DNA of 64,000 bases from the human T2T-CHM13v2.0 reference genome, Homo sapiens. Numbering within the stretch: position 1 is the stretch's first letter; the number at the start of each line of letters is the position of its first letter. This document shows, piece by piece, positions 50,967-64,000 of this stretch. The stretch lies in assembly GCF_009914755.1 (NCBI RefSeq), contig NC_060936.1. The stretch is one strand, 5' to 3'. Below the pieces are notes generated by a model, which ran no database searches, had not been told where the DNA came from, and worked only from the letters and a program-made list of their open reading frames with translations. A program made the position numbers and the translations under genes.

Positions 50967-52809
50967 GCAATGGTTACTAATATTCTACATTTTATCAGTA
51001 GTTGGCTAAGCTAAGATAGTGTCATAGCCTGATGTTTTTCATGCTGTAGAGGGTAAATAAATGTTTTCAGCCGAAATTTTCTTTCCACAGAGAAATGGGG
51101 ATTATCTTTCTAATATTTTCTTAAAACATAATACACGTAATTCCCTTCAAAATTTCAGTTAAATATCAGTACACTTATAATAATATAATCCTCAGTAGAT
51201 GGAAGCTGATTTTACCCTAATATCATCACACAATTTAAAGTCATAGCATGAAACAAAACCAGAATTAGTACAAAATATTATTCACCTATATGTGTTTGAT
51301 ATTCTAACATATGCAATATGAAATAATAATACAGAGAAAAAAATTGATTTCTGGTCAGAGAAGCTGACAAAGCAGTAAGCACAGATTTTAATAACTTTTC
51401 CATAAAAATTAAACTTTTTATGAAAAATATAAATGACTAAGCCAGTTATGAAAATCCTTTCTAGATAGAACATCTTATGCAAATAAGTTACTGAGTCTTA
51501 TGGAGAATGAGGTCCAGCCTACTGAAAACCTCACCAGCTCACTGTATATGGCATTCATATTAAAAACATGCCAGCAAACAAAACTTGGAGATAGAATAAC
51601 TCAAAGATGCCAAGTTCGGAAATAGAGTTAGGAATGGGAGCTATAAAACAATAAGAAGACAAGATATTATATTTCAGTATATTTATCTCAGGCTTAAATG
51701 TATAGAATGTGTAGAAATTCATACTGCTTTGAATGAAAGCATATAATACATTAAATAATAAAGATGTGTTTAATTATAAAGAACAAGTTTACTAAATTTA
51801 ATCCCTGTTCCAGAAATTGTAAACTTGTATTTGAGTTTGCAAACCCAGCTCTATACCAATTATGAAGTTTAAAGTGTTTTAAGATGCCATGAATAATCCA
51901 TTTAGATGTTAAAGAGTCAAATACAATGTCACAGCCATTTTCAAACTAAGAGATCATACTTTTAAATTCAATACTATCTTTTCCCACGAATCAGTTATTA
52001 GAGTGCAACTACAATTGGTTTACCTAATAAATTAATTTAGCTTTATTATGACTATGTAAGAGAAAAATATATCTTTTGTATAATATGACTAGTTGTCTTT
52101 GTAATTAGAGAAAAGAAGCAATCCAAACCCAAGCAGAAATTTAGAGAGAAAATTGGGTAAGAATAAATGCTTAAATGTACAATTTTTAATAAAAATTTTT
52201 ATATAAGTAAATTGCATTTATTCTAGGTTACTTTACCTCCAAATACATTGTTCATTTTAAATTATGGTATATAAATTATTATAATTTGTTTCAACATGTA
52301 TTTGTTAATGGAACTTCAGTTTTAACAAATATGATTTGGTATTAAGGTTATAAAAGAAATGGAAGATAAAGTGATCTTTATATTCAGAAAATTGTCACAT
52401 AGCTGGAAAGAAAAAAGTACATGTTTAGAGAAATAAATTTTTAAAATTCAAGACCACACTAAGCATTACTAGAAATCATAAGATATGCTCTGTACAAATG
52501 TACTATACAATTTCAGAGAAGAAAAACAACAATAAAGTTAAGTAGTCTTTAATAAATAATAAAAAAGACATAGAAGTTGTCCTCAATACCTTCAATTCAT
52601 TCACAACTTCCACAACCCTTTGTAGAAAGAGCTTCAAGAGATTTAATGTGGGATGAAGGTGGTAATTTAGATCTTGTCTGTAAAGGAGGCCTATTCAAAC
52701 TGTGCCTTAACATGATTAATGTGGGCATGGTAGCTGAGGCACAGCTACTTAAAAAATAGTAAGATAACTAAAGAACAGTTGAGGATAGGTAAAAGATACA
52801 TTGGATAAT

Positions 52810-52995
52810 AATAACTCATATTTATTGTATGCTTAGTAAATGTCAGCAAGTGTTGTAAATGCTTTATGCATATAAATTCACTTTTCATTACAACCATATC
52901 AAATAGGTTGTATTATCAAACCCATGTTACAGATTAGAAAACTGAGGCACAAGAGATTGTTTGTTCAATGCTACCCTCAGCTAATAAGTGGAGTA
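52810..52995. mobile_element. MIR
   Basis: cccatgttacagattagaaaactgaggcac core. Confidence 0.7.
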
Positions 52996-53321
52996 AAATA
53001 AGTTTAGATAAATGAATTATAATTGAGTCAGACCACTGATGAACTCTCTAGTAAATCCAATATAATAATCAATATGTTTTAGTAAGTTTTTTTCTGAAAA
53101 CAAAATATAATATCTGGGTTCGATTTGAACCTATTGAGAAAATTTGCTTTTTTGGCATAAAAACATAAGACAATATATATTTATCAACTACATCAATGTA
53201 TTATCAATATAGAAGCTTATCTACAATGCAATATTCAATAATTGATTTTCTTGCAATCCAGTGGCTCATCATACACAGTCTCCTAATTTTTTAAAGCAGT
53301 TTAAAAGGGAACTATAAAACT

Positions 53322-53624
<303 letters not shown>

Positions 53625-53854
53625 GGAACTGTAAAATTATTTTGTAATTTCTGTGGTGAACACCGGAATAAATATTGAATTGCCCGTTCAATTCAGATTT
53701 CTAAAAATATTTTTAAAAACTGGATTAAACAAAGTTTCTTCATGGTATTGTAAACCTACAAAAAAATATAATGAGTAACTTGGAAGGAATCAAATGCATG
53801 CATGTTTGATTACTGGCTTTTTCACATACTAGGCAATTTTTACTGCTTTAAGCA

Positions 53855-53981
53855 TTTTTTTTTTCTTTTTTTAGAGACAGGGTCTCACTATGTTGCTGGA
53901 GCTGGTCCCATACTTAAGTGATCCTCATGCCTCAGCCTCCCAAGGTGCTGGGATTACAGGCACGAGCCACAGTGCCTGGCC
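53855..53981 (-). mobile_element. FLAM / left Alu monomer
   Basis: Single arm flanked by gctttaa. Confidence 0.8.
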
Positions 53982-54683
53982 GCTTTAATTATTCTTGATT
54001 ATACTACAATGTTTATCGTAAAAATTAGCAAAATATGGATTTTAAATAAGAAAATTTAAAATGACCTATTCATTCCTGCACCTGGAGACAATTAGTATTT
54101 AATTATTTTCTAATAAAAAATACCAATATTTAATGAACACTTACTATGTGCTATGCTCTAAGTGCTTTACATGTTCAAACCTATTTAATCCAAACCAATG
54201 AGGATGTACTAAAATTATGCCCATTTTATGGATGGGTGAATGAATAAGTACAGACAGATCATTATGCACATCTAAGCTTCAATTTTCTCATCTACATAAC
54301 ACACCCAAATCACAAGTTTGTGATAAATATTAAATTACACAATATATGTGAAGTTCCTAAGCCAATGACTGATAGATAGTTAGCATTTATAATGACTAGT
54401 TCCCTGTCTGCTTTAGAAAAACCAAAAGAAAGAAGACAACAATAATGTGGTTATATGAAGACCAGCAGAACGCCAAGTTCATATTTGTAAATAATTAGTA
54501 CCTTGTCTAGATATTTAAATATACAAAGATAAAATGTCTCTGCTAGTTTTGGAAATGGAAAATTGAAAAGGATAACTGGTTCAGTTATTTTTCTAGTTTT
54601 CTTTAGACTTGTTCATTATTCAATAAATAGGTGATAAGTCAATGTTTTGATGTTCAAATAAATTTGGAAATTATTTGGCTACC

Positions 54684-55012
54684 ACAGTGTTGGCAAACTA
54701 TAGCCCTTTGATCACATGCAGGCCACCACCAGTTTTTGTATGGTTCATGGGCTAGGAATGTGTTTTACATTTTTAAATGTTTTTAAAAATTAAAAGGAAA
54801 ATAACCAGCTTAGACATGAAAAACATATGACTCAAATTTCAGTGTCCATAAAGTTTTATTGAAAACCAGCCATGCTCATTTGTTTACATATTGTACATGG
54901 CTGTTTTCATGCTGCAATGATGTAGTTGAGCATCTGACAGAGAGTGATCTTATGGTTCACAAACCTTAAAATATTTACTGTTAGTCCTTTACTGAAAGTT
55001 TGCCAACCCCTG
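54684..55012. mobile_element. MER58B-like hAT-Charlie
   Basis: TIRs gttggcaaact...agtttgccaacccctg. Confidence 0.8.
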
Positions 55013-55506
55013 GATGAACACAGTGAAATTTCTTCACTTTAGGAATTCTGAGGGCATTTAATATGATGTTGTTACATCATAAAGCCCCAAGAAAAGGAAA
55101 ATGATTTCAGTATGTACAATTTTCTAAATGTATTTGACCTTGGCACAACATTTCACAATATTTAAGGTTTACATGAAACATCTATAATGCACAAATTCAA
55201 CTTTTTTTACCATATAAAATGAAAAATGTCATTTTTTCCTCAGAAGTCACCTGTATTTGCTAACAAGAAATTAAATAATATTTCCCTCATGTAAATAATG
55301 TATAACTGCATATATTCTATTAAAATGCTGATGGGATCTCTTACATAAAACATTAAAAAATTTTTTTCAGGAATACGTATTGAACATCAATCTAGGACAC
55401 CTTTGAGTGTCTTCTTTAAGTTTTAGAGAATTGTTCAATTTATTTCTAGTAAGTTTCAAAGCATGATATGTTCCCCAACTTGTTCAGCCTTTAAAAGCTA
55501 CATTGA

Positions 55507-55827
<321 letters not shown>

Positions 55828-57561
55828 CTAAGTTTGTTTGGCTATTTTCTACACTTAAAAAATAATCACCTCAGAAAAAATGAAGGCATTTTAGGTAAAG
55901 CAAATATGCCACACATGAAATAGGAAGCTCTGGCCCAAAACTAACTGATTAATTTTACACAGTATGTGGCAAATGTCTTCTGAAGTAACATTAGTTTTTG
56001 GATCATAGAGCTGCAATCTTAGGGAGAGATAAACACAGAACTCATAAATAATACAGCTCTTTTCTTAGGTTGCTAAGGAAATTTGAATCACTGTTTTGAT
56101 AGATAAAGCATGAAATATAGTGCTATGAAAATAGTTTCCTCCAAACACAAACCATTAACATTTTTTAAAAATAGTTTGAAAATTGGAGTCTTTCAGAAAA
56201 TTAATGACTCTATGAAAACCTAGGACAGTCATCACTTAATAAAAACAAAAGAAAAAATTATCTTGAAAATTAAAATTTGATATATATGTTTGTGTATATA
56301 CGAGTGTGTGTGTGTGTGTTTATTTGTATTTATTAGTTCTGTGCTCTACTAATGCTACTTTAATTTTCGAAGAAGTAATATTATAAACCAGTCATGCGGG
56401 ATAAGAAAAACCCTAGACATTCCATAGTGGCCGGGTAGCTATAGAACATAATTCCCATGAACAGGGTAAAGGGAAGAGAATGTGTAAAGAATGTGTATTG
56501 GAAACTACTTGGGGTTAAGTAAACTAAGCTCATAGTTCAGATTCCGGAAATTGATTATAGTCCAAATGTAAATATTTAACATGTGTTATTTACCAGATGA
56601 AATGGTGAGAAAATATCTAATCTTGTTGGAAATTCGGGTGTACCTGCACCTGGGAGGTTGCTAAAGTGCCCTTACTGATTGGTATTTTGTAAAGAAATAT
56701 TTCGCAACAAAAAAAAAGTGCTTATTAAAAGGAAAGTCACCTAGCCTTAATGTTTAGTTTACTGATAACTATCGTTATTTCAGCTATTAGTAAGAGATTT
56801 TCTTTTGACAGCCGAATCCACATTGGCTTTGCCTTCTTAGTGGAAGATATTTCCTAATGATAATGATTTTGAGCTTATATTTACCTGCAACCACCTGCTC
56901 TTCCCCTCTAAATGTATTCCGAGATAAGCTGGTAAACTTGAAGGACATAAGTCATATGCAGGAATTTCAGTTATCCAGTTGGATAGCTGAAAACATGAGG
57001 TGAGCCCCGTTATCCCTGACTTCCATTTTCTGAATATACCCTGTAATGAACTGCAATAAAATAACTTCCAGTTGGAAGCTTCATCTGAATAATCAACTAT
57101 TTACATTAATCACAAATAAATTTCTTGAAGAGAAAAAGAAAATTATTAACTTGTAGAAACGAGAGTATATCAGGGCCTGCCACTCTATTTTGTTAAGGAA
57201 AAGGAGAGATATTATTCTTGGGAACATTATTGATAAGAGAAAAATACTAATCATCTATATCAAAAGTATTGTGCCTTTATTTTTCTTCCCTAGGTTTTAA
57301 ACTCTTTAATATGCTTTGAATTTTACTGTCGCCACCTCTTCTAGGACTTTGCTTTATAATTCACCCCTTCGTAAACTCTTTTTATCTTCTGCCTTTTTCT
57401 CTGGTTCTTTCTACTATCTTGTCACATTAAAAGAACCTTCGCTTGACCACATATTCCCCTCCACTATCTTTCCTTCACACACCAAATAGCAATCCATCGT
57501 TATTCTCTCTAGTACATCACTTTCCAGAAACTCCTCAGCCCACCACAAAATGTCTACTGCC

Positions 57562-57902
<341 letters not shown>

Positions 57903-58140
57903 TTAGGGTTATCAGAAATCTCTTAACTGCCACACCCAATAGCCACTTGCAGAACTGATCTGACATATCCTCTTTGTAACATAATGCATTGTGACCTCCT
58001 CCTCCCATTCTTGCAGCTTTCCTCTCCTTGACTGTTACGATGCCATTCTCACATGGATCTTCCTTTGCTTTTCCAGCTGCTTCTTCCCAGATCCCACATG
58101 CACCTTGCTTCTTCCACATAGTCAATAGATGTGGATGTCA

Positions 58141-58587
58141 TGCAAGTTAAGATTAGCATGGCCACAAACACTTGACAGTTCTTCCCGTTAAGAGAAGCTC
58201 TCTATTTCTTCACCCCTTGAATAGACCTTGGAACTTGCTATGACCAATGGAATGTGGCAAAAACCATGTTTGCATGTTCTGGAGTTCAGGCTTCAAGAAG
58301 CCTTGTATCTTCTGCTTAATTCTTTTTGGAATGCAGTCCTGAGACTGCTGTTTGATGAAAAAGCCTGAGTTCAAAGATTACATGGAGAGAAAAGAGGCAA
58401 ACCATCGAAATCAAGTTGCTCTACCTGAACTGAGCCCTCAGCCAATCAGCTGCTCATGAGAGAGCCCAGGTGAAGCCAGCAGAAGAACCAGTCTTGCTGA
58501 CCCACAGAATTATGGAAAATAATAAATTGTTCTTCCAGCCACTAATTTGGGGAGTGTTTTATTGTGCAGTAAGTGGTAAGTGATACA
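58141..58587 (+). mobile_element. MLT1 (F/G-like) LTR inserted in L2 sequence
   Basis: atggccacaaacacttgac...cccttgaa...gaccaatggaatgtggc...aataaattgttcttccagccactaatttgggg...tgataca. Confidence 0.75.
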
Positions 58588-59592
58588 ATTGGCATCCCCT
58601 AGGTTTTCGACTGTGACTCATTTCTTGTCTCACTATACACATTCTTGTGGGTGACTGCAATAATAGTTGCAGTCTGTAAACCAATTGTATGATGATGGTT
58701 CTCAAATCTAACTATTACGACCTTGAGCTCTAGACCTATATTCCCAACTTCTTTTTTTTTGCATCTTGATATTTTCATTTTCATAACTTACAGACACCTC
58801 AAATTTGACCCATGAAAACTAATTCATCATACTCTTCTCTAAAATATCAAACTATTCCATTGCCTGAGTTCCCATCCTACTGAATGCAATTATAGTGAAT
58901 GCAAAAATAGTGTTCCCCACCTGTCTACCCAGCTTGAAAACTGAGTTTTCCTAAACACTTTCCTTTGCCTCTCTCCTCTTACTTTAACAACCAATCACTG
59001 TTTGTTTTATCCTTTCTCTTAAATATCCCAAATATCTGCCCTCATATTCATCACCCCTACCACAATTCAGATAACTCTGTTTTACTATATATTACTGCAG
59101 TAAGATATCGTAGGTTGTTATAAAATCTTTCCCCTTCACATTTGTGCCCCGTAATCTTACCAGACTGTCATTTTTAAACTGCAAATCTATTTTTTAAATT
59201 TTTTTATTGAAATCTTTAAACTATTTCTAAGTCCTGCATTTTAAACCTGTCTCTGTCTCTCTTTATCCCACTATCTCTTGTCTGCTCCTAGGGTTGCTTC
59301 CATAATCTGACTCCTCTAACTCATAGCCAAGCATTAATTAATATACACATTGAGTTAGCCATTCCTTACTTCTTGCTGATCTCTGACAGATCTACTATGA
59401 GAACAAACTGCTGTTACACATATTACATTATTGATTGCTAGACTGGAATGGACTGCATCTGCCACGCTTTTATTTTGACTTCGAGCTTTTCCATAACCTG
59501 TTGCCTTGTCCTGAAACACTCTTTGATCCCTTCTCCATCTAACTCTTACTCTGCTTTAGGTGTTAAGTGTTGCTTTCAGGAAAGTTCTCTGA

Positions 59593-59851
<259 letters not shown>

Positions 59852-60070
59852 ATACTTCTACAAAATCTAATGTACACTTAGTAGCAGCACTTTGTACTTT
59901 GGATAATGCATCCTTTTTTGCTAGTTTGCCAGTCAAGTCCTGGGCTAAGTCTCACTTTTGAAGTCTAAATGCCTAATACAGTAGGTATTAAACTTGGGAG
60001 TGGGGTAGAGATGAGAAGGGGGAGTTTTAGGGAGATATATAAAGGGAATTTCTCAGTCAATAATCTAGAT

Positions 60071-60288
60071 CAAGTGTCTGAAAACTAAGGACCTCGTGGT
60101 TATAACTGCCCCACCACCTGTTTTTGTAAATAAAAGTTTTATTGAAACACAGCCACATCAATTTCATTATGTATTATCTATAGCTGTTTTCATACTACAA
60201 GGACAGAGTAGTTGAGATAGAGACATTATGACTGGGAAAATATAAAATATTTATTATGTTTTTTACACAAAAAGTTTGACAACTCTTG
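60071..60288. mobile_element. MER58A
   Basis: cacctgtttttgtaaataaaagttttattgaaacacagccac core; hAT-type 8-bp flanks atctagat / tcctagat. Confidence 0.8.
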
Positions 60289-60423
60289 TCCTAGATAATT
60301 TGGCTGCCCCAGAAATCTGCACTGTATTTATTTAAATAATAAAATGTTTATTGAACTTCAATATCTACACAAGTTTTCTCTGTACCATTCTCTAGGAGAT
60401 AAAAAGGTAAAAATAATGTGATC

Positions 60424-60426
<3 letters not shown>

Positions 60427-60454
<28 letters not shown>
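60427..60454 (+). repeat. (AC)n microsatellite
   Basis: Seen directly. Confidence 0.93.
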
Positions 60455-60458
<4 letters not shown>

Positions 60459-61025
60459 ACAGTCTAGTGGAAATAATGGCTATGTTTGAAAGCAATTTCA
60501 ACCAAAGGTAATGATTAAAGGATCATTAAAAGGGTGACTGCCTTATGTGGCCTGACTGTGATTAATATAAGATTAGTCAGCCTGACAGCCCTGACTGGGA
60601 AACCAGTTTGTGTTTTGCCTTGAAAGCCCCACTCCAGGTGCACTGTACTATTCTGTATTAATCAGCCCCATATGGTTGTCAGGAGGGATGAGAGTGGGTT
60701 GGATGAAAGGCTGCTTTCACAGTCCCATGTCAGGTGCAATGTGTCCAAACACCAGGTGTTTACTGGTGGAATATTTAGAAACATTCAAATCACACCTTAA
60801 TTTTCTTCACTCTTCACCCTGATGTTCTTCCCTCACCAAGCCTATCTCTGCCATATTTTCTGTTCTTTATGATGACACACATGTATCTCCAGTTACTCAG
60901 AACCAAAATCTAGTCACGAATGGTTCTTTTTTCCATCCTGATATTGGCCCCATGCATTGAATTTTGAATTCCTATAAATTCCGCCTCCATGGTGACTCTT
61001 GAATCATTCTTCTCTTTCTATTTAA

Positions 61026-61380
<355 letters not shown>

Positions 61381-61719
61381 CATCCCTTCCAATATTTTTA
61401 AATATATTTCTTCAAGTTTAATATTTATGTGACATAATGATTATATCATTTTCTTGCTCATAGCCCTTCAATGGTTCCCACCACAATATAAAGAAAAATT
61501 AAATTAAATTTAAAAAATAAAATAATCTGTTTGGCCATTCACAAACTCGCTGATACTATTATGCCAAATATTTTACATTTCTTCCTCTTTCTCCTTTACC
61601 TACAATATTCTTTTTCCCAACTTTTTATATTCTAATCTTCCCTCTCATTTAGATTCTAGTATAGACGCTGTTTTGTAAAACCCACAGAGGTTGCTTCTCC
61701 TTGTCACCTAACATACCAC

Positions 61720-62660
61720 TCTATCTCAGTCTTGAGCTTCAGGCCCAATATCTTACTGAATACCTCTACTTTATGTATTTAACTGGCATCTGAAACTTAG
61801 CAAGGCTAGAGAAGAATCACTAATTTTCCACACATTCTTCCCAACATCTTCTGTTTGACAAATATCTTCAGAATCATCCCTGTTAAAACCCTCAGAATCA
61901 TCCCTCATTTTTCATCTTCACTCACTCAGTACAAATTTAAGTTCTCTTTCTAAACTGTATCAATTTTGTCACCTACATTCCTTCTCTACTATCATTACAC
62001 TAGTCATCATATTTTGCCTATACTACTGTAATGTCACCGCAACTAGAGTCCCTGCTTTCACTCCTCGTCCTACTACAATTACCTCTCTACATCCTAGGCA
62101 AGTTGACCTTTTGAAAAATGTAAATAAGATTCTATAATTCCCCTGGTTAACACCCTTCAATGGATTTCCCTTGCATTTAAAGTACAATCAACATCCCTTA
62201 TAATCCACAAATATCTAAATAATCATACTCCATCTAGGTCCTCAACTACATTCCCTACTCGTAAGCCCCTTACTAACTGGTTTTCCTTCATGTTTTCCAC
62301 AGCTCCAAACCATATTCTGTCTCAGTTACTTTATACCTCCTGTTCAACCTGGCTAAAACAGTCTTCTACCACAAGCCTGACATGCCTGATTTCTTTGGTT
62401 CATTACAGTCTTAACTAACAAGCCAACTCTTCCCAGACCACTCTCCACTACATGAATCTAGTTTTTCCTGATAACAGTAATTACTATCTCAAATGTCTAA
62501 TTCACATATTGTTTTTGCATTGTCTGTCCATCTACCACTGCATTATACATTCGATCAGAGGAAAAACCTTGATTATCTTTCTCATTACTTTATCCTTAGC
62601 ATCTAGAAAAATATATGGCACATACTACAAGGTAAATAAATATTTATTATTCAACATATG
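61720..62660 (+). mobile_element. L2 relic; boundaries approximate
   Basis: cccttcaatggatttcccttgcatt...catactacaaggtaaataaatattt motifs. Confidence 0.55.
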
Positions 62661-62909
62661 GATTATATTATGACACTTTAAAATGCTTGTTTTGTATTTC
62701 AATTGTTTACATATGGCTTGTGTGTCTTGTTAATCAGCAAGCTCCTTAAAAACCTAATCCATACCTGATTTATCATTAATACTTCACAATATAACTCGAT
62801 ATAAATATATATGTGTGTATGTGTGTGTGTATTTAAGTAGATCACAAGTCTGACAGAGTGAGATTTGTGATCTACTTAGAACATCATGTATATTTTTTTC
62901 TGAGATGGT

Positions 62910-63157
62910 AAAATAGGTTTTCTAGTATCTAATAGCACAACAGTGTGGTTGTAGGCAGTAATAATTTAATTGTACATATTAAAATAACTAAAAGAGTGTA
63001 ATCAGATTGTAACACAAGGATAAATATTTGAGGTGGTAGATACCTCATTTACCCTGATGTGATTATTATGCATTGTATGCTTGTATCAAAATATCTCATG
63101 TATCACATAAATTTATATATACACTTACTATGTACCCACAAAAATGAAAAATAAAAT
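62910..63157 (+). mobile_element. L1MA (MA2/3-like) 3' end
   Basis: aaaataactaaaagagtgtaa...atttaccctgatgtgattattatgcattgtatgc...tatgtacccacaaaaat. Confidence 0.8.
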
Positions 63158-64000
63158 ATTATGAGCATATTCTGTAAAACAATACATTCCACAGTCAACC
63201 ATTTTACTTAATCTTCTAAATTGTGATTACAGCAAGTTCTCCTAATTAAAAGTAGAACCACAAAAATTGCTTAACATTGTTAAAACAGTAACTTAGTCTA
63301 TGTCTTATGGCTATTAATTATAGTTCTAGGAAGAAATTCCTCAACTTTCACTGCTGGAAGAACAGGCAGTCAAGGAACAAAGTTGACTACTTTGTGGTCT
63401 ACCTCTGTAATGTGCGTAGTTTCCTGCACTATTAACAAAGATGAAACCTCAAAATTCTACTATGGCCTTTTAAGTGTTTTTACTAATCATGTATAATTCT
63501 TCTCCATATGAGAAGGTAGTTATTACATGTCTACCCCATAAAAAGGTCCATGGTTTATCAATAGAATCTCTCTTATCTTCCAGAAAAACACAAGATCTTA
63601 TGTACAAAGCTGAAATAGATATCCTTTTAGGCTTTACTGTGGAAGACTGTGTTTTCCCAAAACAAACGCTCTTCTACTGAATGCTAAATTACCACACTTA
63701 ACCATAATTTCAGGGATTCCAGTGGGACTGAAAAGGATCAGAGTAAATAAGGAGCATTAAGAGTAACTAAAGGTATATGAGGTGGCTACAAAATGTCCCA
63801 ACCATTGGTTGAGAACAATAAACATGCACCAGAGGGCATATCAATAGGCCTCTCACACAAAGCTTCTAGCAGTCATACGCCATAATTAATGAGCCTGAAA
63901 ATTTGCTGAAGTTGGACCACTATCTGCATCAATGGAAATAAAATTTAAAAGACTCATAAAATGGTAGAGTTACTCAATTTCAAGATCTGATACACGGACC

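Noticed and set aside
61868-61905. 14-bp direct repeat tcagaatcatccct, and an AT-rich 11-bp inverted repeat at 26499-26527
   Set aside because: Short slippage or low-complexity features with no further structure.

Overview
AT-rich primate genomic DNA, almost certainly human because it carries a consensus-like AluYa5. It holds the 3' part of RASSF9 (Ras-association domain family 9 / P-CIP1 / PAMCI, recognised from the protein sequence) on the minus strand. Visible parts are the large terminal coding exon (40629-39369), its 3' UTR with a proximal and a ~4-kb-distal polyadenylation signal, and >23 kb of the upstream intron; exon 1 lies beyond the right edge. The rest is intergenic/intronic sequence filled with repeats: 16 dimeric Alus (one 5'-truncated), 2 FLAM monomers, a full-length dead L1PA5-like element (20092-26206), a 5'-inverted older L1, THE1/MER4/MLT LTRs, MER DNA transposons, L2/MIR relics and microsatellites. 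The other ORFs in the track are repeat-derived or spurious. I found no new multi-gene system. The best leads are structural: two unusually tight head-to-head inverted Alu pairs (one 110 nt from the RASSF9 splice acceptor), alternative polyadenylation, two 43-bp locally templated duplications, two short hairpins and a candidate beta-TrCP degron in RASSF9. Repeat subfamily names come from recalled consensus features, not a database search; boundaries of old repeats are approximate.
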